From an uncultured Veillonella sp. (GTDB lineage: Bacteria > Bacillota > Negativicutes > Veillonellales > Veillonellaceae), in contig CAAEOZ010000090.1 of NCBI GenBank assembly GCA_900757715.1, positions 2,740 through 66,739 of the forward strand: 64,000 nucleotides of DNA. Reading direction: 5' to 3'. This document shows positions 1 to 9,763 of the stretch, piece by piece (the first letter of the stretch is position 1; each line of letters begins with the position of its first letter). The notes beneath the pieces are model-generated. The model was not told where the DNA came from. It saw only the letters and a program-made list of their open reading frames with translations, and did no database searches. The position numbers were made by a program, and so were the translations under genes.

Positions 1-686
1 TCGGACTTATTTTCAGCTGGTGCACCTTCGAGGTCGCCCAATACAGCTGCTTTGAAAGCCTCTAAACCAATGCGGTCGATGAATTCGCCCATGCGTTCGA
101 TTTGTGCGTTTTCTTTATAGTATGCGATGATTCGATCAACTAATGCAAGAGCTTCTTTTTCTGTTTTAACTTCTGCGATGAGGTCGCCGATGCGAGGATG
201 CGCACCGCCGCTACCGCCAGCGTATACATTCCAACCGTCTACAGTACCGATAACGCCCACATCTTTCATACGGCTTTCAGTACAAGAGTTTGGACAACCG
301 GATACGCCGATTTTCATTTTGCTTGGCATTTCAAGGGACAAGTACTTGCGTTCAATTTGCATGCCAAGATGTACGCTGTCTTGTTTAGCGCGTTTACAGA
401 AGGTGGTACCTGGGCAGATTTTTACGCTGCGTACGCGGTTGGATACAGTGTATGCTGGCTCCATGCCAAGCATTTCCCATGCTTTATCTACGTCTTCTGC
501 TTTCAAATTTGTAATCATAATGCGTTGGCTGCCAGTTAATTTAAGAACAGCGCCGAACTCATTCGCTACGTCGATATATTTTTGTAATTGATCTGGTTGA
601 ATGAAACCTGCTGGAACGCGAGGTGTAATTGCATAACGGCGTTGACCGTTTTTTATGCGTTGTAAATTTGCTGCAATTTGTGCCAT
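1..686 (-). CDS. nitrite/sulfite reductase family protein (siroheme/[4Fe-4S] domain); C-terminus lies beyond the window start
   Basis: Minus-strand translation from ATG 684-686 reads MAQIAANLQRIKNGQRRYAITPRVPAG... with Cys clusters CPGTTFC and GCPNSCTES typical of sulfite/nitrite reductase Fe-S/siroheme sites. The ORF is open to position 1; the 127..591 and 198..539 plus-strand ORFs lie antisense to it. Confidence 0.6.
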   Translation of the reverse strand, partial: MAQIAANLQRIKNGQRRYAITPRVPAGFIQPDQLQKYIDVANEFGAVLKLTGSQRIMITNLKAEDVDKAWEMLGMEPAYTVSNRVRSVKICPGTTFCKRAKQDSVHLGMQIERKYLSLEMPSKMKIGVSGCPNSCTESRMKDVGVIGTVDGWNVYAGGSGGAHPRIGDLIAEVKTEKEALALVDRIIAYYKENAQIERMGEFIDRIGLEAFKAAVLGDLEGAPAENKS

Positions 687-1075
687 ATTAAATCCTTTCT
701 CGAGCCCTCTCTGCGGAGAATAGTGGCTAAACTACTTAGTTAATCTATAAAACTCTTTATATATTAATTATTTACGCCTTAGGGTTTTGTGAAAGCTTCG
801 CACATATATACGGACAAGTGGGATGAGATCAACTAGGCGATGCCTCATCAAAACCCGGCGTAATGATCAGTATGGGTATTTAGAATACTGACCCGACGCT
901 CTTAGTATAAACTATTTTAACAAACAATAATGTAACCCAAGCTACAAAAATAGAACTTTTTAATATTAATTATTGATTGTTACTAACTATAATTATATAT
1001 GATACTGTTTATAGATGAAACCCAAGGGTAACATATCGTATAATAGATACATAGAATATTCTTGATGTAGGAGAT

Positions 1076-2341
1076 ATGATGAAAGTCCTTTACGATACTA
1101 TTTTAAAAGCAACATATATAGGTCGCCCGAATCGTTTTGTGGTGACTTTAGATTTGAATGGTGAAAGTGTGCTTGCTCATTTGCCTAACCCAGGACGCAT
1201 GTGGGAGCTCTTATTCACTGGCGTAACGATGTACATCGTACCTCACGATAAGCCTGGTGCGAAAACGAAATACCGCGTGGTAGGCATCGAGCGTGAGGGT
1301 GTTGTGATTATGCTCGATACAAACTACAGCAACGATGTGGCACAGCATTTAATCGAAAATAAACTGATCCCTGGTTGGGAAGAATGGCGCGTAGTTAGAC
1401 GAGAGTATACGGTTAAACTACACGGTACATCTTCCCGTTTTGACTTACTCCTCACTAATGATAAGGGCGATGAGTTCTTACTAGAGGTTAAGTCCTGTAC
1501 CTTGTTCTCCAAGACGGGAGCCATGTTCCCTGATGCGATTACAGAGCGAGGCCGCAAGCATTTATTGCATCTGAAAGAATTACAAAACGAAGGTTACCAT
1601 ACAGGCGTTCTATTCCTCGTACAATGGGACCAAGCGCAGTGGTTCTTGCCAGATTATCATACGGATTTGGAATTTGCCAAAACCTTTAAAGAGGTGGCAC
1701 CTTTGTTAGATTGGAAAGCTGTTGCTGTGGCGTGGAATGAGACTTTCACCATGCCTATGGTGACACATGAATGTTCCTATCCTAGTGGTATCCTCGATAT
1801 AGAGGCTCATGATAGTGGCGTGTATGTGATGGTCATGCACCTCGATCACGATCTAGATCTCGAAATCGGTTCTAAAGGGATAATGCATTTTAAATCTGGT
1901 TATTATATGTACGTTGGTTCTGCGAAGGCAAATTTAACAAAACGTATTGAACGTCATAAACGAAAACGGAAGAAAATGCACTGGCATTTAGATTACTTCC
2001 GCGGTCACTGTGAAATGATAGCGGGCTTGCCGATTCGTACTAGTGGGCGGCCGCAGGCTATGACAATTTCTGCTCAGGAACGGCGTAAAGGTAAATTCTC
2101 TGACGATGACTCGGCTGCTTGTGAAAGCGCAGATGTAGATTTAACTAAAATTGACGTAGAATGTGCTCTCGCTGATGCGGTGCGAGCTATTGCGGAATGG
2201 AATGTACCGAACTTTGGGTGCAGCGATTGTGACTGCAACAGTCATCTATTCGGAATGAGAGAGAACCCGATACATAATAAAAAATTTATGAATGTGATAG
2301 AAGATTTTCGTATGAATAAATTGGATGCGCTAGTTAAGTGA
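1076..2341 (+). CDS. sfsA: SfsA-family (sugar fermentation stimulation) protein fused to a DUF123/GIY-YIG-like domain with a Cys-rich tail
   Basis: The N-terminal ~230 aa look SfsA-like (MKVLYDTILKATYIGRPNRFVV... LEVKSCTLF). The C-terminal half carries GYYMYVGSAKANLTKRIERH...HWHLDYF, which matches the DUF123 signature, followed by CSDCDCNSH. The RBS aggaga sits 3-6 nt upstream of the ATG. Confidence 0.75.
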   Translation: MMKVLYDTILKATYIGRPNRFVVTLDLNGESVLAHLPNPGRMWELLFTGVTMYIVPHDKPGAKTKYRVVGIEREGVVIMLDTNYSNDVAQHLIENKLIPGWEEWRVVRREYTVKLHGTSSRFDLLLTNDKGDEFLLEVKSCTLFSKTGAMFPDAITERGRKHLLHLKELQNEGYHTGVLFLVQWDQAQWFLPDYHTDLEFAKTFKEVAPLLDWKAVAVAWNETFTMPMVTHECSYPSGILDIEAHDSGVYVMVMHLDHDLDLEIGSKGIMHFKSGYYMYVGSAKANLTKRIERHKRKRKKMHWHLDYFRGHCEMIAGLPIRTSGRPQAMTISAQERRKGKFSDDDSAACESADVDLTKIDVECALADAVRAIAEWNVPNFGCSDCDCNSHLFGMRENPIHNKKFMNVIEDFRMNKLDALVK

Positions 2342-2409
2342 TTGTTGTTAATGGCGAATAACCGAAAATAGTATGGATGGGGCCCGAATACAAATCTGCG
2401 AGATTGTTA

Positions 2410-2479
2410 AAAAAGGGATTCCCTTATCTCTTCGCTCCAAAGCGAGCTAAGTCGCTCATCAATAAGGGAATCCCTTTTT
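2410..2479. repeat. hairpin repeat and terminator: 18-bp perfect inverted arms around a conserved loop (gctccaaagcgagctaagtcgctc)
   Basis: aaaaagggattcccttat ... ataagggaatcccttttt, directly downstream of the sfsA stop, followed by a T-run. The loop matches the motif found at 6661, 39166 and 39340. Confidence 0.7.
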
Positions 2480-2697
2480 ATAACGTTAAATGTGAATTCG
2501 TCCCATCCATACCTATGTTTTCTATTAACTAGTTGCTTCGACCATTAACAACAAAAGCCCTTTTCCTTTCGCATGGGGCGGGGCCCTTGTTGGGGAAGGG
2601 GTGTGAAGTAGAGTATCAACAATCAGCTGATTTTATCAATAATTGTGGCTACATATTTGATAGAATTATTTGATACACATGGAATATTTGGAGAGAG

Positions 2698-3516
2698 GTG
2701 TGGTTGTGTATGCCTTTGTTTGTTAGGTTTATGTTGTTGGTTTTGGTGTGTGTTTGTAGTGTTGTATTGAGTGGTTGTTCTTTCATTTGGACGACGGAGA
2801 ATGGTGATCCTGCTACACCAGAGGATATCAAGTCTAGTGTGGAGAAGGAGTTTTCGGTTGTGCATCCGAATCTTGTTCTCCAGTCGTCTGTGGTAGAGAA
2901 GGAGAAGCCATTCCAGCGAAATGTGTATGTGTTTTATGATGAAAATAATGGTTTTTCCTTTACCACAAATTCTGTAGTGAAGTGGCCAACCTTGCCGGCC
3001 CCTGGTGGGGAGCGAAAAAATGATGCGGACTTTACGTATTCACAAGCGTATTTAGTTCATTTGAATGGTTCGTTAGTGGAGCGTGCTAAGCAGTATGGCA
3101 TGCGGATGGCGACGCACGAGGAAGCCTTGGAGTTAGCTAAGTCTAAAGCGACACGTGTGGCAGGTACTAATAAGATATCTTTATTCACATATGATGAGAT
3201 TATCTTTGTAGATGAATCTGTAAAGGGTGAAGATATTCTAAACTTTATGAAATCAATATATAGCCAATATAAACCTCAAGACAGTCCAGCTTTGTTGCAC
3301 CCTCGTTCTGATAGAAGCGTCGGCTTTTACTATTTGCCTAAGGGGGAAGAAGATAAAACAAAAGCTAAGTATTTGATAGCTTTCCGTTTTATGGCAAAAA
3401 ATGACTGGAAAGAAACGATGTTAACAGGCATTGGCAGTACTGGTAACGACACTTCGGCTGTGGAACGAGACTTTGTTAGCATTTTAGATCATATGATACA
3501 ACATGCTGCTCATTAA
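2698..3516 (+). CDS. lipoprotein of unknown function; start uncertain (GTG 2698, TTG 2704 or ATG 2710)
   Basis: Hydrophobic N-terminus ending in the lipobox LSGCS. RBS gagagagg at 2690-2697. Confidence 0.6.
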   Translation: MWLCMPLFVRFMLLVLVCVCSVVLSGCSFIWTTENGDPATPEDIKSSVEKEFSVVHPNLVLQSSVVEKEKPFQRNVYVFYDENNGFSFTTNSVVKWPTLPAPGGERKNDADFTYSQAYLVHLNGSLVERAKQYGMRMATHEEALELAKSKATRVAGTNKISLFTYDEIIFVDESVKGEDILNFMKSIYSQYKPQDSPALLHPRSDRSVGFYYLPKGEEDKTKAKYLIAFRFMAKNDWKETMLTGIGSTGNDTSAVERDFVSILDHMIQHAAH

Positions 3517-3658
3517 TGAATTTTGTAGATTGTAAGAATAGGTGAAAGCATCTTTCACAAAAATACAGAAAAATACCTATAAAATTAGCGTTTAGCCCTT
3601 AAAAATGCTATAATATTAAGATGAATTGTAATCAGTGTTAGTAAAATGAGGTGAGATT

Positions 3659-6127
3659 GTGGCAGACCAACAATGGTCCCACGGGAATATTCATCCCGTT
3701 CAGATTGATAAAGAAATGAAGAACGCGTATATCGATTATGCAATGTCTGTAATCGTTATGCGTGCGCTTCCAGATGTGCGCGATGGCTTGAAACCAGTAC
3801 ATCGTCGTATTTTGTATGCGATGCACGAAACAGGCATGACGCCAAATAAACCGTACAAGAAATCCGCTCGTATCGTCGGTGACGTACTCGGTAAGTATCA
3901 TCCACATGGTGATAGCTCCGTTTATGACGCGACGGTTCGTTTGGCGCAAGATTTCAATACGCGCTACCTCTTGGTTGACGGTCACGGTAACTTCGGTTCC
4001 ATCGACGGCGATAGTGCTGCTGCGATGCGTTATACCGAAGTACGTATGGCGAAGATTACAACAGAAATGCTTGCTGATATCGACAAGGAAACTGTTGATT
4101 TCATGCCGAACTATGATGAAAGCTTGCAAGAACCAACTGTATTGCCAGCGAAGATTCCAAATCTTCTCATCAATGGTTCCAGTGGTATCGCTGTAGGGAT
4201 GGCGACAAATATTCCACCACATAACCTTAACGAGGTATGTAATGGCCTAGCGATGCTCATCGACAATCCGGATGTGACTGTAGATGAATTGATGACGCAA
4301 ATCAAAGGTCCAGACTTCCCGACTGGAGCGCTCATTTTGGGCCGAGACGGCATCAAAAAAGCGTATTCCACAGGTCGTGGTAGCGTTAAAATGCGTGCTC
4401 GTGCAACCATCGAAGAGATGTCTAAAGGCAAGCATAAGATCGTAGTGACTGAGATTCCTTACCAAGTGAATAAGGCTCGCGTAATTGAAACAATTGCAAA
4501 CTTGAGCCGCGATAAGGTAATCGATGGCATTACAGCACTTCGCGATGAATCTGACCGCCAAGGTTTGCGCATCGTTATCGAATTGCGCGCCGATGTGCAA
4601 CCAGACATCGTACTTAATAAATTATATAAACACACTCAACTTCAAGAAACATTCGGCGTGATTATGCTAGCTCTCGTAGATGGACATCCTCGCGTATTGA
4701 ATTTGAAAGAAGTATTGGGTTACTACTTAGATCATCGTCTAGACGTTATCGTACGCCGTACTCAATTCGAGCTTAACAAAGCCGAAGCGCGTGCACACAT
4801 CTTAGAAGGCTTGTTGATTGCTCTCGACCATATCGATGAAGTGATTGCCACAATCCGTAGTTCTCAAACTGACGAAATTGCACGCAACGCATTAATGCAA
4901 AAATTCGGGCTTTCAGAGAAACAAGCGGTAGCCATCCTCGACATGCGTTTACGCCGTTTAACAGGATTGGAACGCGAGAAGATCGAAGACGAATACAAGG
5001 AATTGTTGGCATTGATCGAAGACTTGAAAGCTATCTTGGGTAGCGAAGCGCGTCAACGTCAAATCATCAAAGACGAACTCGATGATATGAAGAAAAAATA
5101 CGGCGACCCTCGCCGTTCTGAAATCACAATCGATACGTCCGACCTTGATGTAGAAGACCTCATCGCTGACGAAGAGATGGTGATTACCTTGACTAAACAA
5201 GGTTACATCAAACGGATGAACGCGAACGTATATCGCAACCAACATAAAGGCGGCGCTGGCGTTATCGGCATGAAGACGAAGGAAGACGATTATGTAACGC
5301 AAATTATGCATGTGCGGACCCATAATACATTGTTATTCTTCACATCTACAGGCCGTGCATATCGCCTCAAGGCATACGAAGTGCCGGAAGCAGGTTCCCG
5401 CAACTCTCGCGGTACCGCTATGGTTAACGTATTGCCACTCGCGGTAGGTGAATCCGTTACGACTATGATCGACCTTGAACGTGTCCATGAAGATGTAAAT
5501 TTATTTATGGTCACTGAATTTGGCGTTGTAAAACGTACGGCTATTGAAGAATACCGTAATATCCGTCGTTCTGGCCTCAATGCGATTAACCTCGACGAAG
5601 GCGATCGTTTGATTTCCGTTAACGTAACGACTGGCAATCAAGACATCTTGATTGGTACTAAGTTGGGTATCGCTATTCGCTTTAGCGAGCATGATGTGCG
5701 CCTTATGAAACGGGCGGCTCACGGTGTGCGTGGCATTAAATTGAATGCAGGCGACGTAGTTGTAGGTGCTGGTGTTCTTAATACTGATGAAAGTGAAGCA
5801 CAAGTGTTTACTATCTCTGAAGAAGGTTTTGGTAAACGCAATGATGCGGAAGCTTATACATTGCAAAAACGCGGTGGTAAAGGCTCTAAGAACTTCAAGA
5901 TTACGAATAAAACAGGCGACGTAGTGGCCGTAGAGGTTGTTCATAATGATGATGAAGTTATGCTTATTTCTGAGCAAGGTAAAATCATCCGCTTCAACAT
6001 GAATGACATCGCTGTGAAGAAGGGCAAAGCTATTTCTGGTGTGAAAACACAAAACCTCGACGAAGGCGATAAGGTAGCTAGTATTGCTGTTATTCCAGGC
6101 GCTGAAATCGAAGAAGAAGTAGAATAA
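3659..6127 (+). CDS. gyrA: DNA gyrase subunit A
   Basis: 822 aa with a GTG start; [55 protein letters not shown]. The active-site region, QRDR-like motif ([11 protein letters not shown]) and C-terminal beta-pinwheel repeats are present. Confidence 0.97.
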   Translation: MADQQWSHGNIHPVQIDKEMKNAYIDYAMSVIVMRALPDVRDGLKPVHRRILYAMHETGMTPNKPYKKSARIVGDVLGKYHPHGDSSVYDATVRLAQDFNTRYLLVDGHGNFGSIDGDSAAAMRYTEVRMAKITTEMLADIDKETVDFMPNYDESLQEPTVLPAKIPNLLINGSSGIAVGMATNIPPHNLNEVCNGLAMLIDNPDVTVDELMTQIKGPDFPTGALILGRDGIKKAYSTGRGSVKMRARATIEEMSKGKHKIVVTEIPYQVNKARVIETIANLSRDKVIDGITALRDESDRQGLRIVIELRADVQPDIVLNKLYKHTQLQETFGVIMLALVDGHPRVLNLKEVLGYYLDHRLDVIVRRTQFELNKAEARAHILEGLLIALDHIDEVIATIRSSQTDEIARNALMQKFGLSEKQAVAILDMRLRRLTGLEREKIEDEYKELLALIEDLKAILGSEARQRQIIKDELDDMKKKYGDPRRSEITIDTSDLDVEDLIADEEMVITLTKQGYIKRMNANVYRNQHKGGAGVIGMKTKEDDYVTQIMHVRTHNTLLFFTSTGRAYRLKAYEVPEAGSRNSRGTAMVNVLPLAVGESVTTMIDLERVHEDVNLFMVTEFGVVKRTAIEEYRNIRRSGLNAINLDEGDRLISVNVTTGNQDILIGTKLGIAIRFSEHDVRLMKRAAHGVRGIKLNAGDVVVGAGVLNTDESEAQVFTISEEGFGKRNDAEAYTLQKRGGKGSKNFKITNKTGDVVAVEVVHNDDEVMLISEQGKIIRFNMNDIAVKKGKAISGVKTQNLDEGDKVASIAVIPGAEIEEEVE

Positions 6128-6206
6128 TATAAAACACTATATTAACTATTGAGTAACCATGGGCGACCATCTAAGATGGTCGCCTCTAGTGTTGGGGAGT
6201 TTAAAA

Positions 6207-6578
6207 ATGAAAAAATGGCTAGCTGCTATGTTTGCAGCAGGAGTTTTCTTTGTAGGTGGCTTTGGTCAAGCTAGTGCTGCTGACTGGTACTATATCGATG
6301 CTGATGCTGACGATGCGGCATGGTTTATTGACAACTCTTCTGTATATAAAACAGATGATGCGGCTACAGTACTTGTTAAAATTAACAATGTAGAAGGCTT
6401 TACATATATCTACACAGTACGGATCGATCGCAAAGAAAAAACATGGACAGAACTTGATACAACAGTATATAGCAATGCTGGTATAGCATTACTATCCAGT
6501 AAAGAAACACAAAAACCTACGAAAATTGAACCGGATACCATGGGGGCGGAAGTTATGCAGGCCCTATGGGGAAAATAA
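6207..6578 (+). CDS. small secreted protein, AxW(Y) family (paralog of 7118..7492)
   Basis: MKKWLAAMFAAGVFFVGGFGQASA|ADWYY...ends QALWGK. Signal peptide and RBS ggggag present. The ORF-track start at 6159 is upstream of the signal-peptide Met. Confidence 0.6.
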   Translation: MKKWLAAMFAAGVFFVGGFGQASAADWYYIDADADDAAWFIDNSSVYKTDDAATVLVKINNVEGFTYIYTVRIDRKEKTWTELDTTVYSNAGIALLSSKETQKPTKIEPDTMGAEVMQALWGK

Positions 6579-6640
6579 TCCAACAATTTAATAGAAGCTG
6601 ATATTCGCTCTGTCTATTTAGATACGCAGAACGTATAAGT

Positions 6641-6707
6641 AGCCCCGAACTATCCTGAAAGCCTCCATAGTGACCTAAGTCGGTTTCAGGATAGTTCGGG
6701 GCTTTTT
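6641..6707. repeat. hairpin repeat and terminator with conserved loop gcctccatagtgacctaagtc
   Basis: agccccgaactatcctgaaa [loop] tttcaggatagttcggggct plus ttttt. Downstream of the 6207..6578 gene. Confidence 0.7.
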
Positions 6708-6933
6708 ATATCATTAGTACTCTTACCGGGCGAATATCAGCTTTCAAATCCGTTGGATTATTTAATCCCCTTAGGGGTCTTGCTAGACGTTCCTAGGAGG
6801 TCTTATATCATTTATGCATTTAATAGAGTTTTTATTAGCATTTTGCAATTATGATGAAATCATGATGAATTATACTATGTGAAATGCATAGTTAATTTAG
6901 GGTACAGTAATGTACAGATAGGAGAGAGTCATT

Positions 6934-7071
6934 ATGAAAAAATGGTTCGCGTGTTTAGCAGTGGCAGGTTTATTGTTTGGTGCTGGTGTGAGTGTATCTC
7001 AGGCTGAGAGTTGGTATTATGTTGAAGGTGGAGATCCTAGTATCAGGGCTTTCATAGAATATTTATTTTAA
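6934..7071 (+). pseudogene. truncated 45-aa paralog of the AxW(Y) small secreted protein family
   Basis: MKKWFACLAVAGLLFGAGVSVSQAESWYYVEGGDPS... then stops early. Good RBS ggagagag. Confidence 0.35.
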
Positions 7072-7117
7072 TCTTATATACTATTCCTGTATTTTATTTT
7101 TTACGAGAGGTATTATT

Positions 7118-7492
7118 ATGAAAAAAACATTGGCAGCTGTTTTGGCAGCAGGCGCATTATTAATCGGCGGTATTGGTAGTGTTGATGCGGCTAATTGGTA
7201 TACAGTAGGCACTGATAGCAATGGTGTTACTTGGTCTATCGACAATGATTCTGTTAAAAAAGACGATAAAAAAGCGGTAATGGACATTAAAGCTATGGAC
7301 TACGAAGGTTACCACTACATCGTGACTGAAGAGTTCAATCACAAAAAACAGGAAGTTAAAGATCTTAAGGTGACTCTTTATAACCCACAAGGTTATGTTG
7401 TGAAAGAGGAACAAGTTAATAAAGATAGCCGTAAAGTTGAGCCAGGTACACCTGCGTACGCTGTATTCCAACTTATTTGGGGCGGTAAATAA
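7118..7492 (+). CDS. small secreted protein, AxW(Y) family
   Basis: MKKTLAAVLAAGALLIGGIGSVDA|ANWYT... C-terminal QLIWGGK. Aligns with the 6207 product (W.IDN.SV.K.D, EP.T, WGxK). Confidence 0.65.
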   Translation: MKKTLAAVLAAGALLIGGIGSVDAANWYTVGTDSNGVTWSIDNDSVKKDDKKAVMDIKAMDYEGYHYIVTEEFNHKKQEVKDLKVTLYNPQGYVVKEEQVNKDSRKVEPGTPAYAVFQLIWGGK

Positions 7493-7587
7493 TCTAATCG
7501 TATAGACGAGCACAGGGCTTAGCCGTAATACACTGTTGAACGGTCATATCTCGTTTAGATTGATTATTTTTGTGAAAGCTTCATATA

Positions 7588-7618
7588 CGCACGTTCTCAC
7601 AGAGGACGTGCGTTTTTT
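7588..7618 (+). terminator. rho-independent terminator
   Basis: cgcacgt tctcacagagg acgtgcg ttttttat. Confidence 0.6.
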
Positions 7619-7926
7619 ATATTTTCATTGGAATATATTATATTTACCTAACATATGTTGTATTATATAGGATTAATTTCTGTTCACGGGCTTTTAATTC
7701 CTTTAAAATAGGTGAATTATTTAGCTATTCGTGGTAAAATGTGATTTATATTACACTTTTTGCATGATTTTTGTACCAAAGTGTAACAATTTTACATAGT
7801 ATAAACTTTCACTATAGCGTATACTATAGGTAAGATGCAGAAGTATAGCTTGGGCGCAGTGCTCCGTAGTTTGGCATATTTCGCCCCAATAGGTTTGGTA
7901 GTTATAGTTTGTTAGAGGAGGTCCTC

Positions 7927-9357
7927 ATGTCTCAATACGAATTTATCGATAAACGCGTGCCGATTGCACTAGACAATCCATCCATTTATCACGACATTTC
8001 CAAGTGTAAAAACTGTACGTTATGCCGTCGCGCTTGTGCGGATGTAATGAGCGTACTTGATTACTACGACCTTGATGCAAATGGCGATGTGCCTGTATGT
8101 ATCCATTGCGGTCAATGTGCGGCAGCATGCCCATTCGACTCTATGCATGCTAAATCCGAGCTTGAAAAGGTAAAAGCAGCCCTTACTGATCCTGAAAAAA
8201 TCGTCGTAATTCAAACGGCTCCTGCTGTTCGTGTAGCAATTGGTGAAGGCTTCGGTTATGAACCGGGCACATTCTTGGAAGGTAAAATGGTCGGTGCCTT
8301 GCGTGCACTTGGTGCAGACTATGTAGTAGATACTAACTTTGGTGCGGACTTAACCATTATGGAGGAAGCATCCGAGCTTGTAGAACGCCTTAAAAATGGC
8401 GGACAAATTCCTCAGTTTACAAGCTGCTGTCCAGCGTGGGTACGCTTTGCGGAAATCTATTTCCCTGAGTTGATTCCTAACTTGTCTTCTACACGTTCTT
8501 GTATCGCTATGGAAGCGGCTATGATTAAAACGTACTTTGCAGAGAAAAAAGGCATCGATCCTCGCAACATTGTGTCCGTATCTGTAAACCCTTGTACTGC
8601 TAAAAAAGCGGAAACAAAACGGGAAGAAGAAAATGCAGCGGCTCGTTATCATAATGATGACTCCCTTGGCATGGATACAGATATTTCCATCACAACTCGT
8701 GAGTTCATCCGTTGGATCCAAGAGGAAAACCTCGACTTCAATGCCATTGAAGATTCTAAATTTGATGATTTAATCGGTATGGAAACTGGTGCATCCATCA
8801 TCTTCGGTAACACCGGTGGTGTTATGGAAGCAGCGATGCGTACGGCTTACAAGCTCATCACTGATAAAGAGCCACCTCCATATGCGTTGACTCACCTCGA
8901 GGACGTTCGTGGTATGGAAGGCGTAAAAGAGGCGACTGTTCAATTGGGTGATGATGTAACATTGTCGGTTGCCGTTGTTCACGGTGGTAAAAACACACGT
9001 GACTTTTTGAATGCTTTGAAAGAAAACGGTAAACATTATGACTTCATTGAAGTTATGGCGTGCCCAGGTGGCTGTATCGGTGGCGGTGGTCAACCGCGTA
9101 CTAAATTGCCTCAAGCGGTTAAAACTAAGGAAGCTCGTATCGGCGGCCTTTACGAAGCTGACGAAAACTATAAATGGGTTGCGTCTTATGAAAATGAAGA
9201 AATCCAAACATTGTACAAAGATTTCTTAGGAGAACCATTGGGTCACAAGGCACACGAACTTTTACACACACACTACACAGACCGTAGCGCGGTTCTTGGT
9301 ACTCGTAAAGACGTAACACCTGAAACATGTCCAACATCCCCTAAATTTAAAGGTTAA
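7927..9357 (+). CDS. [FeFe]-hydrogenase catalytic subunit with an N-terminal 2x[4Fe-4S] ferredoxin domain
   Basis: H-cluster motifs FTSCCPAW, NPCTAKK and EVMACPGGCIGGGGQP. N-terminal motifs CKNCTLCRRAC and CIHCGQCAAACP. RBS gaggagg precedes ATG 7927; the ORF-track TTG at 7909 is unlikely to be the start. Confidence 0.9.
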   Translation: MSQYEFIDKRVPIALDNPSIYHDISKCKNCTLCRRACADVMSVLDYYDLDANGDVPVCIHCGQCAAACPFDSMHAKSELEKVKAALTDPEKIVVIQTAPAVRVAIGEGFGYEPGTFLEGKMVGALRALGADYVVDTNFGADLTIMEEASELVERLKNGGQIPQFTSCCPAWVRFAEIYFPELIPNLSSTRSCIAMEAAMIKTYFAEKKGIDPRNIVSVSVNPCTAKKAETKREEENAAARYHNDDSLGMDTDISITTREFIRWIQEENLDFNAIEDSKFDDLIGMETGASIIFGNTGGVMEAAMRTAYKLITDKEPPPYALTHLEDVRGMEGVKEATVQLGDDVTLSVAVVHGGKNTRDFLNALKENGKHYDFIEVMACPGGCIGGGGQPRTKLPQAVKTKEARIGGLYEADENYKWVASYENEEIQTLYKDFLGEPLGHKAHELLHTHYTDRSAVLGTRKDVTPETCPTSPKFKG

Positions 9358-9452
9358 TGATAGCCGATTACTTAAATAGCACAGACTAAGCAATCAAATG
9401 CTTATACACTCATTGTAAAGTTAGCCATTTAGGGTATAACAACATAACATAG

Positions 9453-9537
9453 AAAATCCTACGGGTCATGAGTGACTTGATACTCACGTAGCCTTTGTTA
9501 CAGTGCGGTCACTTTTAAATGATTCGTAGGATTTTTT
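9453..9537 (+). terminator. long compound hairpin followed by a T-run (terminator)
   Basis: aaaatcctacg ... cgtaggatttttt encloses an inner catgagtg/actcacg hairpin. Downstream of the hydrogenase stop. Confidence 0.55.
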
Positions 9538-9763
9538 ATATAATTATTCAAAATTCACATATTTTTACTGTATAACTTTATTATAATAATCCAGTATAAA
9601 AAAATTATTTTATTATGAGGAAAAGATGAATCATTTAGTGTATAATATAAAAATATACTGTACGGATCAAAGGGGGGAATTATGGGTGTTGCATTGGGAG
9701 AGCAACATAAAAAGCCCATAATATTCATAATATTGCGTAAGTATTAAGGAGCTTTTAGGAGAG

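Noticed and set aside
127-591. Plus-strand ORFs 127..591 and 198..539
   Set aside because: They lie antisense to a well-supported minus-strand Fe-S/siroheme reductase ORF that spans 1..686; no RBS or homology.
3638-6052. Multiple minus-strand and internal ORFs inside gyrA (3638..4222c, 4111..4431c, 4247..4600c, 4958..5323c, 5501..6052c, 3879..4196+)
   Set aside because: All overlap the unambiguous gyrA reading frame and are typical shadow ORFs.
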